Part shown: one piece after another, positions 1 through 9,046 of the stretch
How positions within the stretch are numbered: the stretch's first letter is position 1
Layout: each line of letters starts with the position of its first letter
DNA from: a virus
DNA length: 64,000 bases
IMG/VR virus record: IMGVR_UViG_3300031965_000004
Location: 30,430 to 94,429 of that record
Strand: one strand, 5' to 3'
Program-made: the position numbers and the translations under genes
The notes under the pieces: generated by a model
What the model saw: the letters and a program-made list of their open reading frames with translations, nothing else
The model's database searches: none
Told to the model about the DNA's origin: nothing

Positions 1-2
1 AC

Positions 3-500
3 TACTACCAGATTCTCGCCCTCTACCAGGAGGCGGGGGTCTCGCTCGAGGAGTTGCAGCGAGCGCCGAGACTTGGGATCGGGAGTGTCTGTCGGAGACA
101 GTCCACCCGGCAAGTCGCCTACATGCTGCGCGAGTTCCGCGACGGCTATGGCCTGGAGAACATGCACGGGTTCGGCTTCAAGGTTACGGGGCTGATCTAC
201 GCCGCGCGCTTCTTGGCGTCGGCCGACTCGTTTGCGTGGAGCAAGGAAGCCTACGAGACAAGGGCGCACAACCGCCCGAGCTCGCTGGGTCACCGCCACG
301 GTGCGAGCGGCGGTTGCCAGAACTGCCCTGACTACGCCGTGCGCTGGCGCAACCGGCTGATCGAGAAGATCCTGCTCGCCTACGAGCGCCTGCCCGACGA
401 TCAAGTGGACCTGGCGCTGGAGTGGATCGAGAAGAAGATTCCGGCGGCGTTTCAAGACGAGCTGGCGTTCGGCCAGCAGTATCGGCTGTTTCCAGAATGA
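3..500 (+). CDS. C-terminal part of a queuine tRNA-ribosyltransferase (TGT)-like / DpdA-related protein, 5'-truncated by the window edge
   Basis: Frame open from base 3 (YYQILALYQEAGVSL...); motifs GIGSVCRRQ, HGFGFKxxGL, LASADSFAWS and CQNC resemble the phage TGT-like (DUF7221-type) family. Confidence 0.65.
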   Translation, partial: YYQILALYQEAGVSLEELQRAPRLGIGSVCRRQSTRQVAYMLREFRDGYGLENMHGFGFKVTGLIYAARFLASADSFAWSKEAYETRAHNRPSSLGHRHGASGGCQNCPDYAVRWRNRLIEKILLAYERLPDDQVDLALEWIEKKIPAAFQDELAFGQQYRLFPE

Positions 501-1081
501 GCGACGCACGATTTCGGCACGCCGAACGAGGCCAGTCGGCGGAGGACGCAGCGGCTGTCCTACGCCACCGGATACGAACGGGCGAACTAGACGAGCATAG
601 AGTGGCGGTGGCTGCCTTCTTGGGCTACGCGCCGGCGTTGTTGGCGTCGGAGCCTGTGCGGCTCAACGTGCCCTCTTACGCGGCTCGCTGGTCGCGAGTT
701 CGCGTGGTGTTGCGGTTTGGGGGCCTAGACCAGCGACTGCTTGTGACGCTTGCGGCAGACTTCGCGGAGCGGGTTCCGCAGGGGCCCGAAGGCCGGGCGG
801 CGATCGCCGCGGCTCGAGCGTGGGTCGCTTGCCCTTGTCCCGCCCACGCTCGTGCGGCGAGGGCGGCGGCGAGGGCGGCGGCGAGGGGGGGAGCGTTGGC
901 GTCGTCGGCTGTGGCGGCGGCGTGGGCGGCGGAGGCGGCGGCGGAGGCGGAACTGGAGGCGGCGCGGGCGGCGGCGGCGGCGGCGGCGTGGGCGGCGGGG
1001 TGGGTGTGGGCGGCGGAGGAGTCGGAAAAAGCCTGGCAGGCGGAACACATGGCGCTCGTGCTCTGCTGGAGCACGGTGTGA
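497..1081 (+). CDS. Ala-rich protein with Imm5-like helical domain (paralogue family, copy 1)
   Basis: ATGA overlap with upstream stop; MSDARFRHAER...LAADFAERV...AAIAAARAWVACPC; close paralogues at 36674 and 59633. Confidence 0.7.
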   Translation: MSDARFRHAERGQSAEDAAAVLRHRIRTGELDEHRVAVAAFLGYAPALLASEPVRLNVPSYAARWSRVRVVLRFGGLDQRLLVTLAADFAERVPQGPEGRAAIAAARAWVACPCPAHARAARAAARAAARGGALASSAVAAAWAAEAAAEAELEAARAAAAAAAWAAGWVWAAEESEKAWQAEHMALVLCWSTV

Positions 1082-1170
1082 GCGGCCGCCCGCTTCGCGC
1101 CTGGCTCCCAGGCGCCTGAGTGCCTCTGACGCTGTCGTTCGAAGCTGTAAGATCCCAGCACGGAGGACAC

Positions 1171-1683
1171 ATGAGCCAGGCGATCGACTTGACCCGGTTG
1201 AAGCGTGAGATTCGGTTTCTCGCCTTGAGGTTGAAGGACGCGGACGGGGACTGCTACCGCCTTGGGGAAGGAAGAACGCCCTGGGGAAGAACCCTCGACA
1301 TAGCGCGCTACACCCGGCTCTGCGCGTTCCGAGCGACCCTCCGCCGGCGGTTGCACTTCGCGCCAGGAACGGACCTGGCCTACGCCCATTGGGTCCTGAA
1401 GGTGCCCTGCCTCGCGTCCTTCGTGTTTCGTCATCCCGGCGAGAGGCCGGACGCCTTCTACACCTCCAAGCAGAAGGTGCCCTTCAAGCACGTCTTCAAC
1501 TGCACCCACCTCCCGAGAGACCCGACGCAGGGAGGGCCCGAGGGCAAGCAGCAGGAGATCGAGTGCCTGAACCGCTACAAGGCGATCGGGTTCGCCGTCC
1601 AGCGGGCGTGGGTCGCCGACCTGTTCGAAGAGTTCGCTGTCCGCAAGACTCCCGTGGCCTCGAGCGCAGGGGAGCCCGCGTGA
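1171..1683 (+). CDS. hypothetical protein
   Basis: GGAGGA RBS before ATG 1171; GC3-rich codon use. Confidence 0.65.
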   Translation: MSQAIDLTRLKREIRFLALRLKDADGDCYRLGEGRTPWGRTLDIARYTRLCAFRATLRRRLHFAPGTDLAYAHWVLKVPCLASFVFRHPGERPDAFYTSKQKVPFKHVFNCTHLPRDPTQGGPEGKQQEIECLNRYKAIGFAVQRAWVADLFEEFAVRKTPVASSAGEPA

Positions 1684-1916
1684 AACTCTTCGACGCGATC
1701 AAGCAGTCGCCAGTCGACACGGCAGTTCGCCTGGCGAGTGACGGTGCGCGCCAGGGTTGTGCGGAGCCCAACCTCGCGATCAAGGACGGGTCTCGCTTCA
1801 AGGCGTTTCGAGTGGTCCACAACTACGGCTGGGAGCGCCGGCCGTTGCGGGTGGCAGCGGCGTTGACCGACTGGCGCCCGTCCGAGGTCCGCCACTTGGT
1901 TCCGGCCAGCGGTTAG
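1680..1916 (+). CDS. hypothetical protein
   Basis: GTGA start/stop overlap with the previous gene (VKLFDAIKQ...). Confidence 0.45.
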   Translation: MKLFDAIKQSPVDTAVRLASDGARQGCAEPNLAIKDGSRFKAFRVVHNYGWERRPLRVAAALTDWRPSEVRHLVPASG

Positions 1917-2149
1917 GAGACGCTAGGCTTGCGATCTTGTCCGGCGCTCAGGGACCGCCGGAAGCAGCCCCAGCAAGGATTGCCGTCGTTTCTTCGGCAA
2001 GCGATCGGGGCGCACAAGTGGCAGACCAGGACTCCGTCTTCCCCCGAGCACCAATGCGGGCCGTCGCGCCCGTCGCGCTGGCGGTGCCCTCGAAACCGGC
2101 GCAGTTTCTTGCACGAGGGGCAGCGGCGCTTGGCGAGTCGGCCCTTCAA
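1913..2149 (-). CDS. small Cys-rich (Zn-finger-like) protein
   Basis: CPSC, CHLC and CWGC motifs; overlaps the stop of the phosphatase gene. Confidence 0.4.
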   Translation of the reverse strand: MKGRLAKRRCPSCKKLRRFRGHRQRDGRDGPHWCSGEDGVLVCHLCAPIACRRNDGNPCWGCFRRSLSAGQDRKPSVS

Positions 2150-2655
2150 CGCTCGAGCCGGGTCGTGGCGAGGATCTCGCGGAAGGCGAGGTTGGTGAGA
2201 GTCCCAAGCCCTCGTTTCTCACGGACGATCTCGCCGGCCTCTTGAGCGGAGATCCCCGCAATGAGGGATAGGGCGAAGGCGGCCACGAGCGCTGACCGGT
2301 TGCGCCCTTCGGTGCAGGTCACGAGCACGCACGACCCGGCGTCGTGCGCTTCGACCGTCTGTTCGACGGCGCCCATTGCCATGCGGAGCTGATACTCGTC
2401 GAGCCCACTTTGATCGTCGTCGAAGGGAGCGTGGACCACGGTCATGTCGGGAAAGTGGTCGTCGGTTGGCTGGTAGCCCGACGAGCAGAGCACGAGCGTG
2501 GTGAAGCCGCACGCAACGAGGTCGGGCACGGGCACCTCCGCGTGGTGGACGAAGCACCGGTGCCCGCGCACGGGCGGGTGACTGCCGACCCAGAGGCGGT
2601 CATGGACGCGCGCAGCGTCCACGACCGCGTGGTCGGTCGTGGTGAGGCCGTGCAT
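2146..2655 (-). CDS. dual-specificity / tyrosine protein phosphatase
   Basis: CX5R loop VTCTEGRNRSA, upstream LWVGS and PFDD acid loop; ATG at 2655 coupled to the kinase stop. Confidence 0.85.
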   Translation of the reverse strand: MHGLTTTDHAVVDAARVHDRLWVGSHPPVRGHRCFVHHAEVPVPDLVACGFTTLVLCSSGYQPTDDHFPDMTVVHAPFDDDQSGLDEYQLRMAMGAVEQTVEAHDAGSCVLVTCTEGRNRSALVAAFALSLIAGISAQEAGEIVREKRGLGTLTNLAFREILATTRLER

Positions 2656-3254
2656 TACCAGCCAGCCTTGATCTTGTCGGCGAGTCTGACGGCGGCTGCT
2701 TCCAGATCCTTCTTCGTCCCGTCGTTGGTGACTACCTCGTCGAAAGCGCTGTCGGGGATCCCAAGCTGCTCTGTCTCGCTGACGTGAGTCTCGCCACCTG
2801 GCGCCTCTTGGCGCTTCAGGCGGATTCGGAAGAACCGGACGTCTAGCCCGGCTTCCTGCGCGAGCTCTTCGGTCCGGTGAAGCTCGTTCTCGAACCTGAC
2901 GTCGGTGACCACGAAGAACGGTGGGGTTCGCCGGCCCTTGACGTGCTCGAGCAGGCGCTCGAGCCAAATGTCCTCACCCACCTGTTCGCGCCCGAACTCA
3001 GTCCCTAGCCACTGTAGCCACTCACGCCCGTCGCATTCCCGGCCCTTCGCCTTGAGGAACTTCTTCCACGCCCGCCGCTCCTTTTCGCCCCCGTAGGCGA
3101 CCGAATACGGCATGCCGAGCAGGACCGCGATCTCCTTCAGGGGGTCCGCGAATGCGATCGTGACTGCCCCGAGGAAACGAGCCAGTGCATTTCCGAACGT
3201 GTCTTTCCCCGACTGCATCGGGGCGCTGATCAAAACGATTGTCTGCGTAGCCAC
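2655..3254 (-). CDS. deoxynucleoside monophosphate (dNMP) kinase
   Basis: P-loop SAPMQSGKDT, FADPLKE, REWLQWLGTEFGRE, VTDVRFENE and HVSE motifs of phage dNMP kinases; GTG start with GGAGGA RBS. Confidence 0.85.
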   Translation of the reverse strand: MATQTIVLISAPMQSGKDTFGNALARFLGAVTIAFADPLKEIAVLLGMPYSVAYGGEKERRAWKKFLKAKGRECDGREWLQWLGTEFGREQVGEDIWLERLLEHVKGRRTPPFFVVTDVRFENELHRTEELAQEAGLDVRFFRIRLKRQEAPGGETHVSETEQLGIPDSAFDEVVTNDGTKKDLEAAAVRLADKIKAGW

Positions 3255-3270
3255 TAGATCCTCCTGCGGT

Positions 3271-3591
3271 TCACCAGCACGGGTCCTGCACGGGCACCGT
3301 CGTGCCCGCTGCTTCGTGCGTGCAGTCGGACAGATACTCGACCATGCCCGCTCGCAGGAACAGGTGGCAACGGTGGCTTTTTGTGTGCGGGAAGAGATCC
3401 TCGGCCTTCGCGCGCCCGTTGCAGAGCAGGCTCGGGCTGAAGGTTGGCGACTCCAGGTTCCCGTCGAAGTCCCAGACGGGAACTTCGTCGACGCCGCGTT
3501 TGGTGATGAACCGGTGGTGCGTGTTGCATGGCACACACCAGAACCACATGGACTCTTGCCCGTCGATCGTCTTGCTCAACTTGACGCCCAT
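3271..3591 (-). CDS. DUF6527-like small Cys/His protein
   Basis: CxxCxxHH...WDFDGNLESPTFSPSLL...RCHLF...YLSDCTH; AAGGAGG RBS. Confidence 0.7.
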   Translation of the reverse strand: MGVKLSKTIDGQESMWFWCVPCNTHHRFITKRGVDEVPVWDFDGNLESPTFSPSLLCNGRAKAEDLFPHTKSHRCHLFLRAGMVEYLSDCTHEAAGTTVPVQDPCW

Positions 3592-4184
3592 AGGGCCTCC
3601 TTAGGCGAGGATTGTTTGTTAAGGGAGCCGCTGGCGAATATCCAGAAGTTCCTTCGTCTCGTCGTCCACGCTGTCAGGGAACGCTTCAGCGAGCCTCTGG
3701 ACGATCGACAGGCGGTTCTTGATTTGGCGCAGTTCCAGAATCTCCGCGCGAGACTTCGTCTTCCAGTCGCTTGTCCTCGCGGCAAGCTCCTCAGGGGTCA
3801 GTCGCACGGTTCGCTTTAGCCAATCGAGAATCGGCCCAGGATCGCTGAGGGGGTGTGCCTTCGGTCCAAACCGTGTTACTAGGAGCGTTCGCAAGGCCAT
3901 TGCCCTCTCTTCCTCACCTATGAGGCCGAAGGCATGGATCGCGGTCTCTGCCCACAGGAAGGTTGGCCCCCGCGCCTGCTCCAGCAGGGCATTCGTAGTG
4001 GCGCCCTCAGCCAGCCTATGCAGATTCGTGGCGGTGGTTGTCCTGGGCCAGGGCCGGATCGAAAGCGCCTTTTCCGAACGCACCCACTCCAGTGCGTGAG
4101 CAGGGTCACCCCGCAGCAGTTCTCCAAGCAGATTGGCAGGACCATCATTTGAACTGACGCCCATAGGGCCTCCTTAGGCGAGGA
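3582..4184. repeat. 30-bp exact direct repeat (3582-3611 and 4155-4184) bracketing gene 3619-4164
   Basis: TGACGCCCATAGGGCCTCCTTAGGCGAGGA read at both positions. Confidence 0.9.
3619..4164 (-). CDS. hypothetical protein (apparent inserted gene)
   Basis: 181-aa ORF with RBS, bounded by the 30-bp direct repeat. Confidence 0.65.
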   Translation of the reverse strand: MGVSSNDGPANLLGELLRGDPAHALEWVRSEKALSIRPWPRTTTATNLHRLAEGATTNALLEQARGPTFLWAETAIHAFGLIGEEERAMALRTLLVTRFGPKAHPLSDPGPILDWLKRTVRLTPEELAARTSDWKTKSRAEILELRQIKNRLSIVQRLAEAFPDSVDDETKELLDIRQRLP

Positions 4185-4371
4185 GTTTCGCCCAGCGTGG
4201 ATCCTGAATCGCGATCGGGAGCCCCTCGCGGATCATTGCCACGGCGTTGTCGCTGAGCGCCTTCTTCGGATCAGGAATGAACCCGGCGTCCTCCGCGGCC
4301 TTGATCGTGGCCGTGACGAACTCTCGCATGAGGAACCGAGCCTCGAGTTTCGTTTCGTTGAGGGTGCTCAC
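4174..4371 (-). CDS. hypothetical protein
   Basis: Coupled ORF in the minus-strand operon. Confidence 0.55.
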   Translation of the reverse strand: MSTLNETKLEARFLMREFVTATIKAAEDAGFIPDPKKALSDNAVAMIREGLPIAIQDPRWAKLLA

Positions 4372-4817
4372 AGGGCAGCCGGCGCGATCGAGAGCAGGAT
4401 CGGGAACAGGACGCGAGCCGCGTCCTTGCCCAAGCCGATCATGTTGCTCAGGGCGTCAACAGCTCCTCGCACGCCGTCCGACGCTTCGTCGGCTGCGGCG
4501 TCGAGCTCGTCCCAGCCGGCCTCGTCGCGAAGCCAGATCAGGCGAGCTGCCTTCTCGTCGCCCGACGCCACGAGGCCGGCGACCGCGGTCAGGGCGTCGT
4601 GGCCAAGGCGCGTGATCCGAGGCTTGTTCGCCTCGACCCAATCGAAGCCTTGGTTGGCCGCGGCAACACCGGCAGGCTCGAGCGAGTCTTCGGCGAGCTT
4701 GGCGACCTTCTCTCGTCCAGCTTCTACGGCCTTGTCCACCCACTTGTCGCCGTGCTTGGCCAGGGCCTTGTCGGCGCCGACCAAGCCCTTGTCGGCGAGT
4801 TTGCTCATGAAGCTCAT
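4368..4817 (-). CDS. hypothetical helical protein with hydrophobic C-terminus
   Basis: 149 aa, coupled ORF. Confidence 0.6.
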   Translation of the reverse strand: MSFMSKLADKGLVGADKALAKHGDKWVDKAVEAGREKVAKLAEDSLEPAGVAAANQGFDWVEANKPRITRLGHDALTAVAGLVASGDEKAARLIWLRDEAGWDELDAAADEASDGVRGAVDALSNMIGLGKDAARVLFPILLSIAPAAL

Positions 4818-4822
4818 GGGGC

Positions 4823-5158
4823 CTACTCGCCCGAGGGGAGGGCTGGGAGCGTGACGACGCCGTCAAGGTCGGGGGGGAGCCCCGCGTCGTTGACGGCGTC
4901 GTTGGCTTCGTGCCAGCCGCGCCGGTTCTTTGCGAGCGTGTTGAGGAGCCGCTGCACGAAGACCCGCACGGAGGGCGGGGTGATCGCCAACTCGCCGCTG
5001 GCGAGCAACTCCGCGAGCGCCTCGACGGACTTGCGCGTGTAGCCGTCGTTGACGGCGGCCATGGTCTCCGCCTGGCTCTTGAGGGCCTTGCAGACGCACC
5101 CGGGCGCAAGGAGGGTCAGGCACAGAAGCGTGCCAAGGAGGGTCAGTTTGACGGGCAT
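4823..5158 (-). CDS. putative lipoprotein
   Basis: Signal peptide with lipobox-like LLAPGC. Confidence 0.55.
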   Translation of the reverse strand: MPVKLTLLGTLLCLTLLAPGCVCKALKSQAETMAAVNDGYTRKSVEALAELLASGELAITPPSVRVFVQRLLNTLAKNRRGWHEANDAVNDAGLPPDLDGVVTLPALPSGE

Positions 5159-5336
5159 GGTCTCTCGTTTGTCTGAGGTAGCGCTTGAGCCGGTAGGTTA
5201 CCGCCTGGGTCCGACGTAGGGCCACCCCGCAAAGGCGTAACCCTTGGGGCCCCTATAAGAAAGAAAGCAATGGAGAGAGGTTGCAGACAGTCACGGGAGA
5301 CTGTAGCCTCCTGCGAGCCCAGGGAGGTAACATGCC

Positions 5337-5612
5337 ATGGCCGTGGACAAGACCCCACCATCACGATCAAAGAAGAAGAGACCCGCCCGATCGAAGATGA
5401 CGGGGAGGTTTGTCTTCTGCCCGCACAGCAACCAGCACCACCCCTTGTTCGCGCTCGAGGTCGTTCAGAAGATCGAGACCGGGAACTTGTGGGTCAAGTG
5501 CCTCTGCGGGATCCGGATTCACTTCGACAACAACAAGCTACCCACCATGACCAAGGAACAGGCCGTCAAGGCCGGAGCCATGCTCCCCTTCGTCCTTCGT
5601 AAGGAGGCGTGA
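5337..5612 (+). CDS. small basic Zn-ribbon protein (possible regulator)
   Basis: GGAGG RBS; CPHS..H and CLCG; first gene of the + strand module. Confidence 0.55.
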   Translation: MAVDKTPPSRSKKKRPARSKMTGRFVFCPHSNQHHPLFALEVVQKIETGNLWVKCLCGIRIHFDNNKLPTMTKEQAVKAGAMLPFVLRKEA

Positions 5613-7858
5613 TGCCCCGCAACGTGACCGCAGAACTGGACGACGACGATCTCTTCGACCCGGACCTCGAGTTCGAGGACGACGACGACGACGAGTTCGA
5701 CGACGACGAGCCGCGCGAGCCCGACCCGTTCTCCGCAGGCTTGCGGGACGCAGACGTGGTCGAGGAGACCACCACGACCACGACCACGAAGAAGGCGGCC
5801 AAGACGGCTCCCGCGAAGAAGAAGGCCGCGCCGGCGAAGAAGAAGGCGGCCAAGAAGAAGACGACCAAGAAGAAGGCGGCGGCCGACGACGACGACACGC
5901 CCCCGGAGCCAGCCATGCGCCTGCCCCACACGCCCCCCCAACCGGCCCCGTCTGCGGCTCCGCCCCAACCCCGGGAGACCGGGCTCGACGCCAAGCGGCC
6001 TTGGGGTGACGGTCCCAGCCCGTTGGAGCTGGGTGCCGCTCGGGACGGCGCCATGATCGAGATCGACCGGAGGGTCGCCTACAACGACTCAACGGGCCAC
6101 CCGGGCGGCGGGAGCTACACGGGGGTGATCGGACAGGTTCCGCATCGACCGGGATTCAAGCTCGAGACCCGGCGGCGCTGGGGCGGCGGCGAATACGTCG
6201 CGAGGGGATACGTGAACGGCGAAGTCAGAGAGAACACCTTCGAGATCGGCATGCCGAGCGTCGACCCGGGCGACGAGCGGCGGGAGAGCCGGTTCCCCGA
6301 GGTCGACCGGGCCTTCTCGGAGCACGGCTACCCGCCAGGTTACGACTCCCCCTACGGCCCGCCGTTGGGGGGGCCCCCCGAGTTGGGCTACCCGCCGGCG
6401 GGACCCTATCCCCCTCCAGGTGCGGGCTACCCGGGCGCGGGCTACCCGCCTGCGCCCGGTCCCTACGGGGACCCCATGTCGGGGTTTGGGCGGCGCTTCA
6501 GTGTCGACGACGACGAAGAGAAGCGGGAACTTCGCGAGCAGCTCGCGGAGCTCCAGCGCCAGAACGCAGAGACGAGAACGGCCATGGAGGTCGAGCGCGT
6601 TCGGCGCCAGGCCGAAGCCAACCAGACCGGGCTCATGAATCAGGTCTCGAGGCTCGAAGCGAAGATCGAGGGTGGCGTCAGCGCGCCCGGGAAGAACGGG
6701 TCGGAAATGCTCGAGTTCATGCGGATGCAGGCGACACAGGAGGCCGCGCGCCGCGAGGAAGACCGGAAGGCGGAGCAGCGCCGCTGGGAGCAGGAACAGG
6801 CGGAGCGCAAGAATCACGAACAGGAGCAGCGTCGGATCCGTGAGGAGAAGGCCGAGCGCTGGGAAGTGGAGCGCAAGGATCGCCTCGAGCGCGAGGACCG
6901 CGACCGCCAGCGCCGCGAGGAGGAGGACCGCAAGGAGCGCCTCTGGCGCAAGGAGCAGGCGGCGCGCGACGACGAGTGGCGCAAGACGATGGCGGCCAGC
7001 CAGGCCAAGCCGCTGGACATGATCCAACTGCTTGGCGCGCTCAAGGAGGTTTCGAGCCCCTCGGACCCCATGGGCCAGCTCCACTCCATGCTGGGAGTGG
7101 TCGAGCAGATCAACGAGATCAAGAACGGGGGTGGGAGCGAGGAGACGAGCTCCGCGGAGCGCATGGTGCGGACCGTGGGCGAGACGGCCGGGCCGATCCT
7201 GGCCGAGCTCGCGCAGGCGTGGACCAAGCGCTCCGAGCCCGCCCAGGCGCAGCCGTTGACCCAAGAGCAACACCAGGCGTTGCTCTACCAGCAGCATCAG
7301 CAGCAACTCCTGCTCGAGCAGCAGCGAGCGGCGTTCTACGCGCAGGCCCCGCAAGGGCAGGCGCCAGGGCTTCCGCAGCCGGCTCCGGCGCAAGCGGCTC
7401 CTCAGCAGCAGCAGGGGCCGGCGCCGCTTACGCCGCAGAAGTGGGGCGAGATCCTCAACAACACCGTTCAGCATGCGGAGGCGGGGACAGCTCCGCTGGC
7501 GGCCGTCCAGAACCTCTTCCTGCTCTGCCAGGAGATCGAGGCGGAGGACGCCATTCGCGAACTGGCGGAGGGGACCGTCGACAAGGCGGTGAACAAGGCT
7601 CGGGCGGCCAAGCTCGTCGTGACGGACGCTCGCTACCGAATCGCGATCGACAAGTTCGTGGCGCTCGGAGAGCCGGGAACGTCGGGGCGCGCATGGCTGG
7701 ACGCCTACTTCGGCGTGATCCGAGAGGGCTGGGCAGAGGTCTTGCGGATCCGGTCGGGGGCGGCTGCCCCGCCTCCTTCCCCGCCCGCGCCTGTCGTTGG
7801 GCCGCTTCCGGCCGAGGCGGCGGCCGAGGAATACGAGGAGTCGGAAGAGGGGTTCTAG
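5609..7858 (+). CDS. large low-complexity / coiled-coil protein
   Basis: 749 aa with acidic N-terminus, KKAA repeats, Pro/Gly/Tyr tract, charged coiled coil and Q-rich segment. Confidence 0.75.
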   Translation: MMPRNVTAELDDDDLFDPDLEFEDDDDDEFDDDEPREPDPFSAGLRDADVVEETTTTTTTKKAAKTAPAKKKAAPAKKKAAKKKTTKKKAAADDDDTPPEPAMRLPHTPPQPAPSAAPPQPRETGLDAKRPWGDGPSPLELGAARDGAMIEIDRRVAYNDSTGHPGGGSYTGVIGQVPHRPGFKLETRRRWGGGEYVARGYVNGEVRENTFEIGMPSVDPGDERRESRFPEVDRAFSEHGYPPGYDSPYGPPLGGPPELGYPPAGPYPPPGAGYPGAGYPPAPGPYGDPMSGFGRRFSVDDDEEKRELREQLAELQRQNAETRTAMEVERVRRQAEANQTGLMNQVSRLEAKIEGGVSAPGKNGSEMLEFMRMQATQEAARREEDRKAEQRRWEQEQAERKNHEQEQRRIREEKAERWEVERKDRLEREDRDRQRREEEDRKERLWRKEQAARDDEWRKTMAASQAKPLDMIQLLGALKEVSSPSDPMGQLHSMLGVVEQINEIKNGGGSEETSSAERMVRTVGETAGPILAELAQAWTKRSEPAQAQPLTQEQHQALLYQQHQQQLLLEQQRAAFYAQAPQGQAPGLPQPAPAQAAPQQQQGPAPLTPQKWGEILNNTVQHAEAGTAPLAAVQNLFLLCQEIEAEDAIRELAEGTVDKAVNKARAAKLVVTDARYRIAIDKFVALGEPGTSGRAWLDAYFGVIREGWAEVLRIRSGAAAPPPSPPAPVVGPLPAEAAAEEYEESEEGF

Positions 7859-7885
7859 CGCCCCTCCGGGGGTCGGCGGTAGGCT
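7858..7885 (+). promoter_or_regulatory. putative virus-specific promoter (GCGCcCC-N15-TAGGCT variant)
   Basis: 7864-7887 matches 8997-9020 at 21/24 nt; intergenic. Confidence 0.55.
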
Positions 7886-7891
7886 GAGGGC

Positions 7892-8065
7892 ATGAGCAAG
7901 AGCAAGACACAGGCAACGCGCGCGCTTGTCTTTGGCGGCCCCGTGGTCTTCGTCCTCGCGAAGCGGCTGCCGAAGGGCCAGACGTGGCGGCTTCCCCTCC
8001 TGCTCTTGGGGGGAGCCGGCCTCGCGTTGGGCGCGTGGCGCACCTACAGCGCCGGTCAGAAGTAG
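7892..8065 (+). CDS. small membrane protein (57 aa)
   Basis: MSKSKTQATRALVFGGPVVFVLAK...LLLLGGAGLALGAW; two hydrophobic stretches; below the ORF-track cutoff. Confidence 0.55.
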   Translation: MSKSKTQATRALVFGGPVVFVLAKRLPKGQTWRLPLLLLGGAGLALGAWRTYSAGQK

Positions 8066-8067
8066 CC

Positions 8068-8658
8068 GTGGCTTGGCTAGAAATGGGGCTTGGCGCTTTC
8101 GAGCCGGTCCAGGCCCAGGACGACTTCTCCTACTCCGCGGAGCGAGGGATTTCTCAGGTCTACAACCCCTTCGTTGTGGTTGAGACCTTCATGGATCCGC
8201 TTGGCACGTCCCGTGGCAGCAAGAAAAGAAAGAAGCGCGAGCAAGCCGCAGCCGCTGCGGCTGCTGCTGCCGCCAAGCGGCAGCAGCAGCAGCAGCAGCG
8301 CCTAGAGCAGCAACGTGCCCAGGAAGCGTTGAGCCAGGCTCAACGAAGGGTTGGTGTCGCTCTAGGCGCTGCCGAGTCGATCCTTGGCTGGATCAGGGAG
8401 TCGGCGAGGTCTCTCGTGATCTTCGCGGCGGTTCGTCGCTCCCTCGACGAGGCGCAACTCGCTTCGCAGGCGATCAAGTTGGCAGACAAGGCGGAAGAGG
8501 AGGCAGGGCAACTCCTGTATCAGAAACTGCCAAACAGCGTCGCCGCAGCAAACGCGATGGCTTCGGGCCTGGACGAGTTGGTGAGGCGGCTCGGTGCCGT
8601 TGCAGCGGGCATTGAGAGGATCGAGTTTGAGATCAAGCTCCGGGCGCTCCGCGCGTGA
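8068..8658 (+). CDS. putative virion protein (MGLG motif, coiled coil)
   Basis: GTG directly after the previous stop; N-terminal MGLG. Confidence 0.55.
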   Translation: MAWLEMGLGAFEPVQAQDDFSYSAERGISQVYNPFVVVETFMDPLGTSRGSKKRKKREQAAAAAAAAAAKRQQQQQQRLEQQRAQEALSQAQRRVGVALGAAESILGWIRESARSLVIFAAVRRSLDEAQLASQAIKLADKAEEEAGQLLYQKLPNSVAAANAMASGLDELVRRLGAVAAGIERIEFEIKLRALRA

Positions 8659-8981
8659 ACGACGCCGAGAAGCGCGAGCACGCGCAGCAGCTCTATGAGA
8701 CGTTCTGCACCGCGACCGACAACCTCGCTCGAGGCATGCTCGCGCTCGGTGAGCGAATGGAGCAGAGCCACAAGCTGAAGGTGATCGAACTCGACGAAAT
8801 GCGCGCTTCACGGGAGCAGGCCGCAGCTCTCCAGCGACAGGTGGGAGTCCTGGTCGAGGTGATCTCTCGAGCGCAGGGGATCCCGGTCCAGCCGATCTCA
8901 ATGCCTATGCAGCATCCCAACGCCCACATGCAGAACATGGTGAATGGAGCTCTGCGAGGGTTGTTCGGCGGCGGGGCCTAA
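8655..8981 (+). CDS. coiled-coil hypothetical protein
   Basis: GTGA-coupled ORF. Confidence 0.6.
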   Translation: MNDAEKREHAQQLYETFCTATDNLARGMLALGERMEQSHKLKVIELDEMRASREQAAALQRQVGVLVEVISRAQGIPVQPISMPMQHPNAHMQNMVNGALRGLFGGGA

Positions 8982-8990
8982 AGCGTGCGT

Positions 8991-9018
8991 GCGCTACTCC
9001 GGGGGTCAAAGGTAGGCT
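8991..9018 (+). promoter_or_regulatory. putative virus-specific promoter GCGCTAC-N15-TAGGCT
   Basis: Intergenic, upstream of the protease; same spacing at 17710, 21767 and 62507(-). Confidence 0.6.
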
Positions 9019-9046
9019 GACAGGGGTTGGCGAGGAGACCCCTCCT

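Noticed and set aside
5178-5184. Extra GCGCTAC promoter copy on the minus strand
   Set aside because: The element 15 nt downstream (GACCAT) does not fit the TAGGNT-like box
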